A stretch of 63,218 nt of DNA, filler included, from Reclinomonas americana ATCC 50394 (GCA_048213135.1; 8 parts of 4 records of this genome joined end to end with filler, not necessarily neighbours in it), one strand, 5' to 3'. Shown: positions 38,925 through 55,497, counted from the first letter of the whole stretch. Program-made: numbers and translations. The notes: generated by a model not told the origin, from the sequence alone.

Positions 38925-41900
38925 ATGAGTGCCGCTGCCGGCGCTCGCTCGTCGACGCCATCGCACCAGCATGCGGTTGCGGGCGATCTGCACGCACTAT
39001 ACATTGCGGTGTGCAAGCAACTCGGTGCCTGCCCCATCTCCAGCGTGCTGCGCGACATTCTGGACGCCGAGCAGAATGGAGGTCGAGTGCTGCCAGCGCT
39101 GCGCATCGTGCCGCCTCGCGACTCTCCCTCCTCCTCCTCCTCCTCCTCGATGATGCCTGTCGTCGGTGGCAGCTCACCGCAGGCGTGCCTGAGTGTGAGC
39201 GAGAAGAGTCTGCTGGCGGCTCTCATCTTTGCAGAGGAGGTCGGGGCGTCGAGCGTTCGCGGCACAGCAGTGCTGCGATGGTGCAGTCTCGTAGAGCGTC
39301 ACGCCGTTGTGTTAAGTCGTGCGCTGTGTCCATCCCTGTCGGCCACCGTCGAAGGTGCGTGCGTGTGCGCGCAAGTGTATTGCGTCTGCATTTGCAGACA
39401 CGTCGATTGTTGTGTGTGCGTGTGTGTGTGTGCGTGTGCGTGTGTGTGTGCTCTGCAAGCAGATGCACCGCTCCCGTGGCTGTCGAATCTGTCGCTGGCC
39501 GGCAACCACATTGGCGATCGAGGCGTGTTGGCACTGTGTGGCGCGTTGGAGCGGGGTGGTGTGGCGGCGCGTACGCTGCGAGTGCTTGACCTCAGTGAGA
39601 ATGGCCTGTCGGATCTGGGTGCGTGTCAGTTGGTAGTCATGCGATGTGGAGGGAGGAGTTCATGTGCTCATCGATGATGATTCGTCAGGCGCACTGCACT
39701 TGGCGTCGTTGCTGCTGCACAATCGCACGCTGGAGACGCTCATCTTGCGTGCCACCACTCGGGAATCGTCAGGAATCGAACTGCACAATCATCAGGTGGC
39801 GCCGCTCACCGACGCCAGTCTCTACTTCCAGGTTCGCCCGACCAGCATGTGCTCTATTCCCTCATTCTCCACGTCACTCACGCACCATTCGTTGCCTGGT
39901 GCAGGGTGCAGCGGCGCTGGAGCAATTCGTGCACCTGCTGCCGCCTCACGCTCGTGTGCTGCTTAACGAACCACGGATGCGCACAAGGCAGCGCCACGGT
40001 GCCTCCTCAAACCGCATCACCGATCTCGGTGAGTTGTTGATATTCTCTCACGCTCATCACCCGCGTCTTCTTCTCATGCCCGAGATCGCAGGTGCCTGCG
40101 CGCTTCTCTCATGCATTGGCCTCCGCTTTAGCGGCGGTGCACCACCACAGCCGCCCTTCTTCCCCACGAATGCGTTCTTTGAGTACCCCGATCCCAGTGT
40201 GCGACGAGTGCAGCCAGTGGCCTCGTCGGCCGACCTCGGTCTCTTGGATGTCGATCTGGTGGGAAACGTGTTGACCGAGAAGAGTTTCTTTGCATTGTGT
40301 CAGAGTTGCGTGGGAGCGATTCGTTTCTTGTGTGTGTGTGGTGGCAGTGTTGTGTGTGTGACACGCAAGTGTGGCTCCGGCAGAGTTGTCGGAGAGTGTG
40401 CGCATTCGACGTTTCGGCATGACGCTGTTTGAGCACGGCAAGTGTCGGTGTTCGTGGGAGGTGGCGTCGACGGTGGCCGAGGCCATTCGGTACAATTTGC
40501 ACGTGGAGCATGTGGATCTCGGCGATGTGGTCATGGAGGATCCGGTGGCGGCGGGAATCGCCCGGCATCGGTGGCTCTACTGGCGTAGTTTGTCGCGGTG
40601 AGTACCGTGTAGCATAGCATCGCACGGCAGAGTTGCTGATCGTGATGATTATGCGTGCAGTGACGATGGTTACGCCGACGATGGTGGCTTTCGGTTCCCC
40701 GTCGGATCACCGAGCAGTTACTTGCCGTACGCCGCGCAGCGCTCACGCTCTGCTCCGCGGTCCTTTTCGCCAGCCGATATGGCTCTCCCGCATCGCTCGC
40801 GAAATCCACCACCCTTGCAGCAGCAGTCGCCGCAGCCGCAGCCGCACCAGCACACTCGCTCGTCGTTGTCACCCACTGCGCGGTTACGCTACGATCGAAG
40901 GCATTTGCTGCCGGCGGCTGCCTACAACCTGGGCTCCGATGTCAAGAGTGATGTGTGGGAGAGATCTCGAGGGCGCTCCATGTCCACAGGACGCAGCACT
41001 TCTGTGTTGCGGCAGCGGCGGCGGCTGAGTACGGGTGCGTCGGCAGAGGCCGCTGCGTACGCGGCACCACTGCCGTCGTCCACGGTGACATCTCGCTGGT
41101 CCAACGTGCGTTAATGTTGTTCTCTTTGTCAATCCCCATGCCGTTGTGCGCTGACATCGTCTTTCCATGGTGTCATCACACAGTTTGACCTCTCGTCACA
41201 AGGCGTGGGGGAGTCCGTGTCGAATTTGACCGCACTCACCGCCGAGGCGTTGAAGATTGTCGCGGAAACACTGAGACGAGCCGCCACCGAGTTCAAGGTT
41301 CCGTATATCACTCCCGTCTTTGCTTGCCTGATCTCACCGCAGAGTGCAGGGTATTCTGGCCGACAAGTTGCACGTGCACCATGTGGATCCAGAAGACCGC
41401 GTACACGAGGGTGTTGTCATGTCGCGCTCCGAGAAGCGTGAGACGCTGATCGACACGTGCTTGCGGAGAGAGTGGTTGCTGAACAAGGTGACACGCGAGT
41501 GGATCTGCATGCATTGCGTGCAATGAGAGCTCATTTTTTCTCTCTCTCTCTGGTAGGTGTGCGAGTTTGTGGGCGAGCAGGGCTCGGTGATCTCGTCGTT
41601 CCTGGACAACTTTTCGCACACATTACAAGGCTTCCCGCGACAGATCGGTTTGTTCTTGTTTGCCTGCGACGGTGACTGTTCTGTGTGACTGACTCACCGC
41701 GTTCACGTGCGCAGAGGAGCTCATGCAGCTTCGAGAAAACGTTCGGGACTTTGATTCGCTGCTGCGGAGCGCCGAGCGCAAGTTCCGTCGCCTGCGGCAC
41801 GCACTAGAGGAGGAGGCATCGCAAGACGACAGCGAGGAGAGGGTAATTGACGATGAAGTGACATCGAGTTTCGTTGCACTGGAGAGTTTGTGCGTGCAGG

Positions 41901-43903
41901 TGCAATAATGACTGACATTTTCCCGTCTTTGATGCGACAGTGAGCTCCGAGCGACGTGGATCGACCGATGCTGTGCGCGACATTTTAGAGCGACGAAAAT
42001 CACCAGGCACCAAGGTCTGGTTGGGACGAAGAGTGTGCGTGCATTCATATTGTGTTTGTGCTGACGATGACGTTGCAGCGCGGCACTGTGACGAGTCCGG
42101 TTCTGGCCAATGGTGGTGTTCTCGAGCGGCTGATGAATGGCAACGGTGATACCATCGATGATGGAGTCGTACACTCGGCACCGGTGTCGCCGAGTTCACG
42201 AAATCAGTTGTCGAGTGCCAGCGATCCGCCTCTGTCGTCGTTTGGTTCGCGGCGCTCGCCTGGAGGCTCCGAAGCATCGTCGACAAAAGGATACCCTCCA
42301 CCACCGCCAAAGCCAGCAGTGAACGCACAGCCGGCGAAGCCGGCCAGCTCAGTGGCGGCCGCCATCGCTGCTGTGTCTGTGTCGTCACCGCCGTCGGTGA
42401 ATGATGGCGGCGATGGCTTCGTGTCGCCTCTGTATGCGTCGGCACTGTTGCAGAGCAGCGATTCGGGTGCGCGGCGACCGCGACCCGTGCACATGTTGCG
42501 ACAGGAGGAACCGCGAGTGGCACCACCGACGTTGTTGGTGGTGGATGCCGACGGCTCGTATGTGGAAGGCTTGCCGGCGCTCGATTCGATCGGCCCTGGT
42601 GGTGGTCTGGGCGCCGGAGGTGCGGTGAACACGGCGAGCATCATGGATCAGTTGTCGAGTGGCCGCGACTCACCGCCGCTTTCCGACGCGTCCAACGCGT
42701 CGCTGGCTGGCGACCCACTGTCGGAGATGTCGCCACCGCGGCTCCCAGCGCCAGTTGCTCGTGGTGGACGGCGAGACGATTCGTCGTCGATTGCCTCGGC
42801 ACTGTCGTCCATGGCTCTCAATGCCGTGAGCGTGCCACAGTCGGGCTCCTCTGCCTCTCGTGTCTCGGCACCGCGACCGATATCGGCCAGCGCCACTGCG
42901 AGCCTGGCTGTGGACTCGTTGCCGCCGCACCTTGGCACCTCGTCGTCGCTCTCGTCGGCCGGTGCTGCCGCCTCTGGCCACCCGGTACCGTCAAAGCCCA
43001 GTGACCCCGTGGACGCCTCACCTGATCCGTCGCTGCGGTCGGACGCGGTGGGCGTGTACGACATGGCGCCGGCGACGATGAACATTGACGTGCGTGGAGA
43101 GAGACCACTGGTGAGCTGCCATGTCGCTGACTATTCTTCTGCACAGGAGCTTGAACGCACACTTCCTGCCTTTGTTCCGGGAGGCATGCTGGATTACTAC
43201 GTCAACGGGCCTGCACCTGCAGGGCACTTCCGCGAGGCGGTGGTCACGGTGCAGAGCTTCGCACCGTCGACCCCCGTCGACGGAACGTATTCACCGTACG
43301 CCCCACTGCCGCTGCCAGCGACACCTGTGACGTACGAATCGCCGCATAGTCCGCCACCGTTGCCGGTGAGCCCGCCGCTGCAGCCCGTCAGTCCACCGCC
43401 GTTGAGTCCGACGAGTGGCCGACCTGCGACCACCATCCCTTCGATGTCCATGTCGTTTGCGGCTGCCAACCGCACCTCGTCGTCGTCGTCGCCTCTCAGC
43501 AGCTTCGCCATGTTTGCTCTGGGCTCGTCGGCAGTACAGCCGCAGTCGTTTGCACAACAACAACAACAACAACAACAACCACAGAAGCAACCGGCGCCGC
43601 AGCCGGAACCAGAGCCGGAGCCTGAGCCTGAGCCGGAGCCAGTGGTGGCGCCGGTCGACGAGAAACCACCGTACACCGAGTGGGATGCCATTATCACCGC
43701 CGATGGTGAGCAATACTTTTACAATGCTGCGAACGACGAGACGGCGTGGGTGATTCCGCCGGGAGGAGGTGAGTGCGAGGACTGAGAGTGTGAGTTCTAC
43801 TGGTGGCTGACGTGACTCGGCAGTGTACACGGGGCGAGATGTTGTGCTGGGTACAGTGGATGGCGGCGACGCCGGCGCCAATGCCACTGTTGTACCGCCA
43901 TAG
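38925..43903 (+). CDS. RNI-like leucine-rich-repeat protein with a long Ser/Pro-rich region and a C-terminal WW domain
   Basis: LRRs LSNLSLAGNHIGDRGVLALC and LRVLDLSENGLSDLG. WW domain PPYTEWDAIITADGEQYFYNAANDETAWVIP. GT-AG introns link the frames, so a single gene is likely but not certain. Confidence 0.65.
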
Positions 43904-44104
43904 AATGCTAAGAAAAAATCCGATTCTTTTTATCTTTAGGGGATACTGTTTTAATGCAAAATGTGTTGCTGGCTCTTCTTTTTTTTCCCCAATGCCTCGC
44001 ACTCAGTTCGCGTGTTTTTTTGGTTCTTGCAGCTCGTGGCTACAGACGTGACAGAGAGAGTGGCATATCGGGGGGAGGGGAGAGGGAAAGCGTGTGTGGC
44101 TGTC

Positions 44105-46308
<2,204 letters not shown>

Positions 46309-46408
46309 GCTGGCGGAAGGATAACAGTGAGGGAGAGGACACACCGTTGATTGCTTGTTTATTCAAACTTCCAAGTGGGCTCCGGGCCTCGCATGTGCGC
46401 GCGTACTG

Positions 46409-48398
46409 CTATTGCGGTTTGGAAAAGAGCTTCTTCATCAGTGGGAACACCTCGGCCACACCACCGAACTGCATCGCAAAACGTCAATCCTTGCAAATGC
46501 ACAGCGACGTTCACAAAAAGTGAGAGCAAACACACGCACCACCGGGAAGTTGACGAGAAGGCCACGCTTCTCATAGTACTCGATGACGGGTGCGGTTTCT
46601 GTCTCGTAGATCTCCACTCGACGCTCAATGACTTCGGGGCGGTCGTCGGCACGCTGCAGCAGGGAGTTGTGCTTTCCGCACTTGTCGCACACGTTTTCGA
46701 CCTTTGGCAGCAGTGGTGGCATGAAGATGGAGCCCTCGCGGATCTCGCACACGTTGTAGTTGGCACCGCAGTTGGAGCACACGCGACGGCCGGCCTGCAT
46801 GCGAGGTGAGCGAAGGAGATGAGGGAGAGAGGGAGAGGGAGAGGAAGAGGGACGAACCAATTTGCGAATGATAATGGAGCGATCCTGCTGCAGATTGAGA
46901 ACCAGGTCGATCTGCGTGTGCGCCTTGTCGAGGCCCTCGGCTTGCGTCACTGTGCGGGGGCAGCCGTCGAGGAGCCAGCTGCGAAAGAGGAGAGGTGTGA
47001 GCAAAGGGACAGGGAGGGAGGGAGAGGGAAAGGGAGAGGGAAAGGGAAAGGGAAAGGGAGAGGGAGAGGGAAAGGGAGGAACAGAGAAGAGATAGAAAGA
47101 AGTACAGCGGTGAGGAGTCTCGAGTTTCTGCTGCGACGGAACGCACAAGACAGGAGCCAGAAGATAGAGGAGGAAGCGTGATGAATTGATACGCACAGTG
47201 GTGAAAAATCACCTGAAACGTCCACGCAGAACAGCGGCAAGAAAAGAGACAGCGTGCCAAGGAACTGAGACACACGAGGCAGAGGAGAATGGGCGAGAGC
47301 TGCATAATGACGGCGAGAGAGAGGGAGCCAGGAGTGAGATCGGCGGTCGAACCCAGCGCTCTGAAGACACGAGAAGAAAGAGAGGAATGCATGGAGCAGA
47401 GAGAGAAGGAGAGAAAAATGCACAACAGTGCACTCACAAAGAATGAGTCGCGCTTCCCAACAACACAGTGGGCGTCGCTGAACGGTGAGATGCGTTTCAG
47501 AAGTGAGGACCACAAGCACAAGCGAGGTGGGGCACGACAGACAGCGATCTACCCCAGACGCAACCAATGAGAGAGAGGAGAGAAAGAAGAGCACATCGGT
47601 GACAAGTCTTCCTTTCGAGCAGTGAGGGATCCACACACAAGCGATGGAGAATGCTTGACAGACAACGATCCACCACAAACGCAACCAACTAGAGAGAGGA
47701 GGAGAGAGCAAGAAGAACACTGAGCAGAGTAGCGGCAAGTGCGCAGTGAAGAAGCGAGAGAAATGCACGACAGAACGATCCACCACAAACCCAATCGATT
47801 AGAGAGAGTGGAGAGAGAACGCGACAAGTCTTGCAGTGGTGCATCAAAAGCGAGGTGGGATGCACGACAGACAGCGACCCGCCAATGAGAGAGACGCAGA
47901 GAAGCAACGAGAGAGACAGCGTCACTGTAAGAAACAGTGATGCAGCACAAGAATGCAGCCAATGCCCTGTGAGAGCGCAACGAAGAGCCTCCTTTCTCTG
48001 CTTCCCCCATCATCCCTTCCCCTCTCCCGTGCCACCACCAAAATAACAAACCCATTGCGCTCCTTGCCCAGCCGCTGCACCACCAATCCCAACACCGTCG
48101 CATCATCCACCAGCTCACCAGCCTCCGACTTGGCGCGAATCCGCTTACCCAACTGGTGCACCGAAGCGAAACATGATAGAAAGAGAGAAGAGGCGAGAAG
48201 AGACAGGATTCAGCTGACGTCTTTCGCACACAGTCTGGCAAAACACGAGACAGAGACAGAGAGAAACAGCAAGAAATGAGCATGAAATACAGACCTCTGT
48301 GCCAGCCTTGACTTCTGCACGAATCAAATCGCCAGCCGCAATGTGCGGCACCTGCAGCAGCTCACCAAGACGCGCAGCATACGTGCCCTTACCCACAC
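46409..48398 (-). CDS. ADK: Adenylate kinase (long Cys4 LID type), 5' end in the spacer gap
   Basis: GVGKGTYA, HIAAGDLIRAEV, GELVDD, WLLDGCPRT, GRRVCSNCG..CDKCG, QRADD. TAG stop at 46409. Confidence 0.93.
47515..47900. repeat. Degenerate repeats inside the ~1.07-kb adenylate kinase intron
   Basis: AAGCGAGGTGGG..GCACGACAGACAGCGA occurs twice, ACGATCCACCACAAAC twice, and CCAA(T/C)..AGAGAGAG several times. Confidence 0.6.
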
Positions 48399-48439
48399 CT
48401 AATGATGGCATGCACATGAGAGAGACAAAGAGAGAGACA

Positions 48440-48479
<40 letters not shown>

Positions 48480-48590
48480 ACGACACGAGGNNNNNNNNNN
48501 NNNNNNNNNNNNNNNNNNNNNNNNNNNNNNNNNNTTAATTAATTAANNNNNNNNNNNNNNNNNNNNNNNNNNNNNNNNNNNNNNNNNNNN

Positions 48591-50283
48591 GGGACGTGCT
48601 GACACACGACGAGCAGAAGCATCTGGGTGAGTGCTTTGCCTTTGCGCGTTGCTCGTGCTCTGTCACGTCAACCGACCGCTTCTTCGCAGCGCTGCAGAAG
48701 CAGAATGGCCCCAAGAACAGCACCCCCACCGAGGGCGAGGCGGTGAATGTGGTTCACGCCTCGACGCAGTACGAACTGGAGTCGCCGTTGCGTGCCACTT
48801 TCTTTCTCGGTACCTTGCTGTCTGTCTGCCTCTGTGTTAAATCATGCGCAGTGCGGTCATGGTCCTGCAACAAATGCTGGAGCACATCTTGCAACTCATC
48901 ACCCACGAGGCGAGCGACGTGAAGATTGCGGCCTTGCGATGCGTTGCACACGGCGCACGTCTGAACATTATCCCTCCGGCCAAGGTGTGTATGTTTGTGT
49001 GAGTGTGTGCCTTGTCGGCAGCCCTCTTCTGCGTGCCTCTGATGATGGTCGTTGATGCAGCCGGTGCGCTATGTGCTTGCTGTCATGTTTGACGCCAGTA
49101 GCGAGGTAGTGTCGTTGGCCGCCAGCACGCTGAAGAGCTTGCGCTCCGACGCCGTGTTGCCGCTCGACTTTGTGCAAGGCATTGTGCTTGGATTCGTGCA
49201 GAAAGCCGAGATGCTGCGCGACGACTCTCATCGCGAGGCGGTACTGTGTTCTCCCTGCGCTTTCCTTCGCCCCCCTCTCTCTCTTATGCTGACACATTGT
49301 TTGCAACAGATGATGCGACGTGTGCGTGACGGATACCAGCAGGCCTACAGAACACACATGAAGCAGCTCATGACCAAACGTCGTGTGCTGACCGGCGTAG
49401 CTGCGCAAATCCGCGACTGTCTCTCCTCCGTGCGCACATCGACGTCGACGGCCACTGCTTCAGCGGCGTCTGCGGCAGCAGGTTCCGCAGCGGCGGGGAG
49501 CAGTCGCGTACGGCGGGATGCGCTGCTGGTAATCTCGACGAGTGAGCGACGCGTACAGTTGGCGTGTTTCCTGCTGGAGGTGTTTGGCAATTTTGACTTC
49601 GAGAAGGAGGCCGAGGTCACGCACTTTATGCAGGTGCCGTTCAATGTCTTCTCTCTCTGTCCCTTTTCTCTGCACGCTTGTTTTCTTGCCGATCTCAACG
49701 TCCGTGCCAGGAACTCACCAAAACCACGGTGACACTCGGAGTGGGCGTGTCGGCCGAGTTGTTGCGGATTCTTGGGCGAGCCCACGTGCCGGAAGAGTAC
49801 AACGCCGATGTTGCGTGCGATTACGAGCGTGCGCATTCAATCTGCAGCGATGTATGTGTTGCTGACACCACGCGACAGGGCGAAGTCATTGGTGGCGCGG
49901 CGGAGCAGATGGTGGTGACGCACTTGTCGGAGCTGCCTGTGGAGAGACGGCAGCAAGCCGGTTCGTGTGTGCTGGTGGCCATGCTGTGCTGATTGCAGCT
50001 CACGCAATAATATTTTTGTTCACACAGAGGAGTTGTTGCAAGATGGCCACATTGTGTGTGCTGCCGTGCTGTGCATCGCACACCTCACGGCCAAGTATGG
50101 TCTTGATGTGCGCTCGGTCGTGGACAGTGCGCAGATTGGCGACGTGTCTGGGCAAGCCTCGGCCTCCAACGACGGAAGCCGGGCCGCCTGCATCGTATCG
50201 CGCGTGGTGTTGGAGCGGCTGGCCGCGCAGGCTGCTGCCCGTCTGCGCGCTCCCACTTTTGCAGAGAGCGCAGAAAAGGTGTG

Positions 50284-50370
<87 letters not shown>

Positions 50371-51108
50371 TAGGTAGGTAGGTGGTGTGTGTGTGTTGTT
50401 ATTACGTTACGTTCGTTCGGTCGGTCGGTACGTAGGTAGGTAGGTCGGTCGGTGGTCGGGTAGGGTACGGGTACGGTNNNNNNNNNNNNNNNNNNNNNNN
50501 NNNNNNNNNNNNNNNNNNNNNNNNNNNNNNNNNNNNNNNNNNNNNNNNNNNNNNNNNNNNNNNNNNNNNNNNNNNNNNNNNNNNNNNNNNNNNNNNNNNN
50601 NNNNNNNNNNNNNNNNNNNNNNNNNNNNNNNNNNNNNNNNNNNNNNNNNNNNNNNNNNNNNNNNNNNNNNNNNNNNNNNNNNNNNNNNNNNNNNNNNNNN
50701 NNNNNNNNNNNNNNNNNNNNNNNNNNNNNNNNNNNNNNNNNNNNNNNNNNNNNNNNNNNNNNNNNNNNNNNNNNNNNNNNNNNNNNNNNNNNNNNNNNNN
50801 NNNNNNNNNNNNNNNNNNNNNNNNNNNNNNNNNNNNNNNNNNNNNNNNNNNNNNNNNNNNNNNNNNNNNNNNNNNNNNNNNNNNNNNNNNNNNNNNNNNN
50901 NNNNNNNNNNNNNNNNNNNNNNNNNNNNNNNNNNNNNNNNNNNNNNNNNNNNNNNNNNNNNNNNNNNNNNNNNNNNNNNNNNNNNNNNNNNNNNNNNNNC
51001 GGCCGGGTCCGGCGGACGGTCGTACGGTGTCCGTCCGGTCCGTCGGTCGGTCCGCCCGTTACCGTTCGTTACGTACGTAGGACGGACGACGGAAGGTAAG
51101 GTAGGTAG

Positions 51109-51200
<92 letters not shown>

Positions 51201-51825
51201 GGGTGAGGGTGGATGTATGTGTGTATTTACATTTCTGCGGTGCAGTTGGAATCGGTGCTGGAGGGTGGCATACCGGCGGCTGTCAAGGTCGCCAAAGCGC
51301 AGCAGGGGCGGGGTGCAGGAGGCGGTGGAACGCGTGGTCGTCGTTATGTCCACTGCAGTCGCTGCACCTGCTCTGTGCGCGGCTTGTACTGACGGCGTTT
51401 GATGCAGGAGGAGGAGGAGGAGGCGGTGGTGGTGGTGGTGGTGGCGGTCGTGGCGCTGCAGTCAGTCGGAAGCGACCGCGCAAACAAGAGGTCAGCTCGG
51501 AGGAGTCGGCGTCAAGTGAGAGCGAGCCGATGGACAGCACGAGCGAAGCAGCGTCATCATCGTCCTCTGCACCCACCAGCAGCAGCAGTGCCACCTCGTC
51601 CTCTGAGGCGGCCGAGCCGCCGCCGCGCAAGGCTCGGAAAGCAGTCCGACGTAAATTCAAGGTGCGAGTAGAGATTTACTGCCACTCTCTGGTCGAGACG
51701 TGCTGACGCGATCTGTCTCTCTGCTGCACGTGCAGGCCCAAGTGGTCACCTCTGATTCCGAGTCAGGCACGGATGACGATGACGACGACGACGACGACGA
51801 CGACATTATGGACTCGTCGCACTAA
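48591..51825 (+). CDS. NIPBL: Cohesin loader NIPBL/Scc2, C-terminal (Nipped-B_C) part
   Basis: VLQQMLEHILQLITHEASDVKIAALRCVAHGARLNIIPPAKPVRYVLAVMFD, KRRVLTGV, FLLEVFGNFDFEKEAEVTHFMQEL and LTAKYGL parallel the Nipped-B C-terminal HEAT region. Basic/acidic tail. N-terminus missing. Confidence 0.65.
50287..51198. repeat. (GT)n microsatellites flanking an N-gap
   Basis: Long GT runs at about 50287-50369 and 51111-51198. Confidence 0.9.
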
Positions 51826-51939
51826 TGAAGACTTGTTAATGCTAGGAAGCGTGCCTCCACATCGCCGTCTCAGTACACGCGACGACACCACGACACCACT
51901 GCCAACGATAGCCCACAGCATGATGAGAGAGAGAGAGGT

Positions 51940-52567
51940 AATCGTCAACCACACTACAAAGCAACTCAAACCTTGGTCGCACAGGTTGCCCGGGTGGAAC
52001 GGACGCTCCTTCACCACCAGTAGGTAGCCTGTGTGCACACAAACAACCCCCCCAGAGAGAGAGCGTCAGAACCCACAAAGGCAGACCCACGGCAACACAC
52101 TGACCTGCCGACACGGCATGGATCACCGCCACAAACTCCCGCGCACGAGTGACAAAGACGGCGGTCTCGTGCGACTGCCGCACCAGCGAGAAGTGCATGC
52201 CTTGGGAGCCCAGTTGGAAGCCGCCAAGATGCGTGGCACTGAGATCCTCTGCGTGCGTGGGAGTGAGTGGGCGGGAAAAACGATGCACGGTCGGGAGAGA
52301 GACAACACCCACTCAACTCTGCACCTCGCCATCCTCCACGGCGGCACCGCCGTCGGCAAACACGCTCTCGAATGCCAGCGGCACCGCCAGTTGCTCAGCG
52401 TTGACTCGCCACGCCGAGTCGGAACACTCCTGCTCCACCACTCGTCCGGAGGGAGTGAGCAAGCATGCCAGCAGCAGGTGCTGATCGCTGCACAGCGACG
52501 ACAGTGAAGGAGGTGACGATGCCGACGCCGGTGCCGAGGATGCGGCGGAGTGAGTGGCAGCGCTCAT
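51940..52567 (-). CDS. Divergent profilin-like protein
   Basis: LACLLTPSGRV..GGFQLGSQGMHFSLVRQSHETAVFVTRAREFVAVIHAVSA/GYLLVVKERPFHPGNL follows a profilin-like pattern. 3' end uncertain. Confidence 0.4.
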
Positions 52568-52617
52568 TACAGGCAACTGAAAAGAGATAAGCAGGACAAC
52601 AAAATCGATTGTGGTTT

Positions 52618-55310
52618 TCACTCCATGTTGAACTTCATGGGATGTTGCGGTGAGCGGCTGCTGTTGGTCCGTGACGACGACGAGGAGCGTGAGCTCCGCA
52701 TGCTGCTCGCCCCACTATGTGGTCGTGACATCTGCCGACTGCCTGGTCGCGGCTGCTGCTGCTGCTCCGGATCCATGATCAGCGACAACGAGTCCACCGC
52801 GACCCGCTCGTCGGATCCGCCCTCGAAGAGGGCGGCGATCTCGGGCGACAACTCCAAACCACGGACAAGCACCGGATGCAGCGTCGTGGGATTGGGCAAC
52901 TGGTACGTGCGGAGGACCTTGGGCAACTGCGGTACGATGCGCAAGTGCGCTGCGAACCGCACGAGGCTGGTGGTGAGCGTGTAATGCCACAGCTCGTCGA
53001 GCTCGTGCGCGCGCATCAAACTGCGCATGAATGGAGCTGAGCGGAAGGCAGCCGACGGACTGTGTCTGTCGTGGCCCCCGGCATTCGAGCTTCCCATGTA
53101 GGAGTGCGCGGCTTGCAGTCGACGATCTCGTTGCACGGCGGACGCGTGTTCGCGGTGCTCCACCTTCCATTGACTGTGCTGCTGGCGGAATTCGCGTGCC
53201 CACTGTCGCACCAGTGCCGCAAAGTACGCCGCCGACCCTGCCACGTAGCTGTGTGCGTCGCCGGCGGAGGCGCGATGAGCAGAGAGGGCGTGAGAAAAGG
53301 ACAGGACTCACGTCTGGACGCAACCAAATCATGCCCTTGGAGATGGCGGCTCGGAATTCGCCCAAGAAGCGCTCCTCGATAGTTACCCGGCGCAGCTTCT
53401 TGCGCTGCTCTCCCGTGACTGCAGTGGCGGCCGCGGTTTGGGCGGCCACCACTTGCGCCTCGACCGAATCGGAGATGGCCAACTGGCGTGCCGTGCAGTG
53501 CGAAAAGTGACGCTCCCACTGCAGGCCAAGCAGCCGCGGTCGCGTGCGTCTGACCAGCAGGAACGACCGGGTCCACCGTTGGCACTTGACGACTGTGAAC
53601 GCGACACATATTGGCATGGCAGGTCAGGCAGGGGTGGTGTTCGAAGGGGAAAACTCCGACACACACCTCGCGTGACAAACTGGCGTGCGGTGCGCACAAA
53701 CCGGCCAGCCTCATACAAAGACTTGAGCACGGCGCGGGCTCGCACCAGCAACCTTCTCTTGCGCATGATGCGCCACGCAAGTGACATGTGCAGTGTGTGA
53801 CTGCGCGCGGTGGAGAAGAGCATGGTCAGTGAGTCTTCGTCATTTGCAGAGATGCAGAATGCGCGCTGCGCACCGCGACAAGACTCGCGCCAGGGTGACT
53901 CGTCTCCGGTGCACGCGCAAGCGGTACACGGCCGAGATGCAGTTGGCGATGGTCATCGACGCCCATTGGAATCGGGCTTCGATGACCCGGCGCTTCCGAT
54001 TCTCCACCAAAAAGTCTCGAACGTACAGCATGCGGTTGATGAGGTTCACAAACTGGATGTCGAAGTCAGCGCACGACGTTGAGACACCAGAGACCGAAGC
54101 AGAAAAGATACTCACGTGTAGCCAGTACATCTGGCGCTTGCTCTCCATCACGCTGTTGAGCTGCGCGTGGCGAACAGTGCACAAGTGAGATTTCCTGCTT
54201 TCGTTCGTTCTGCATATCCACAAACCAGCTGCTCACGACGCTCTGCAGCCTATGTCATGCACAGCCAAGACACAATCACTCGGTGAGACGCATGCTACGA
54301 AGGGAACGCGAGTGTCCTACGTCGGCGCACTCACCTCTGCCGCTCGTATCTCGTCCTCGGTCAACATTTCCTCCTTTCGCTGCATGCGCTGCGCATCGTA
54401 CTCCTCTTTTCTTCGCCACGCCTCGGCCAGCTGCTGATCCTCGATCTCGCGCTGTGTGCGCATGTATGGCGTCAGTGAGGAGGCGAGCAAGAGAAGAAAA
54501 CATCAACGCAACTCGCTCGCGAATGGCATCCACGACAAAGTCCCACGTGCGCTCTCCTGCCTCTTTCCGATTCTCTACTGGGTACACATGCGTGCAGGCA
54601 GCCAGCTTCAGGCGACGCTCTTCTGCCAGCTCGCGCTCGTACACGGCCGTGCGCGCCAGAAGCTCCTTGTACTCGTGAGGTTCCCGATAGACCGCCAGCT
54701 GCTCCTCCGTGTGCTTCACCACACCGACGGTGCTGACGTTGCGTATCGGCACCGACCGCCTTCGCTGGCGCTTGACTGGCGGAGTCGGCAGCGACAAGTC
54801 CTCGCGATCGGTTCCGCTGCCGACGGCAGTGGTGTCGGCCTGTGGTGCCGCACGTCCTGCCGGCGTCGGAGACGATCCAGCCAGCTGTTGCTGCAGCTCT
54901 TGGCATTCTGCGCAGCAGGTGGGTGAGACAGAAGGAATAGGGAAAGAGAGAGAAGGCCGAAGGAGAACCTTGAGCGCTTGTCACCAGGGTCTGGAACAGT
55001 CGATCGAATGAGTCGCTGCCGGCGGCTGTCGCTCTTGCTTTTGAACTCAGTCCGCCACCACCACCACCAGCACCACCATGGCCACTTACGATGCCCGCGA
55101 GGGACCCGAATGGACTGGTAACAGGTCTACCGGCTCTGCGCATTGCTGCTGCCGCCTTGGGCGATCCACCTTCGAGGAACACAATCGGTGGCAGCAATGG
55201 CGGCAGCGCTGTCGGCGGCTCGGCGGAAAACACTTGGTTTGCCTTTTCCACTGCTGGCGACATGATGCTGGTTGCGGGTTTTCCCAGTCGAGTGCCTTGG
55301 GGAGGTGTCT
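52618..55310 (-). CDS. Multi-exon hypothetical basic helical protein with IQ-like segments
   Basis: Spliced segments IREREREIEDQQLAEAW.., VVKCQRWTRSFLLVRRTRPRLLGLQW. GTTGCGT intron at 54452-54512. 5' end in a spacer. Confidence 0.45.
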
Positions 55311-55497
55311 CGGTGAGAAGGAAGAAAGAGAGAGAAAGGCGAGAGAGGAANNNNNNNNNNNNNNNNNNNNNNNNNNNNNNNNNNNNNNNNNNNNTTAATT
55401 AATTAANNNNNNNNNNNNNNNNNNNNNNNNNNNNNNNNNNNNNNNNNNNNCGCTGCTTCATGTGCACCTGACTTTTTCTTTTTGGTGGGTGTGATAG

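Noticed and set aside
50370..51110. Odd GGTA/GGTC/CGTA short-period sequence next to the gap
   Set aside because: Looks like low-quality read-end noise after a long (GT)n tract, not genuine structure.
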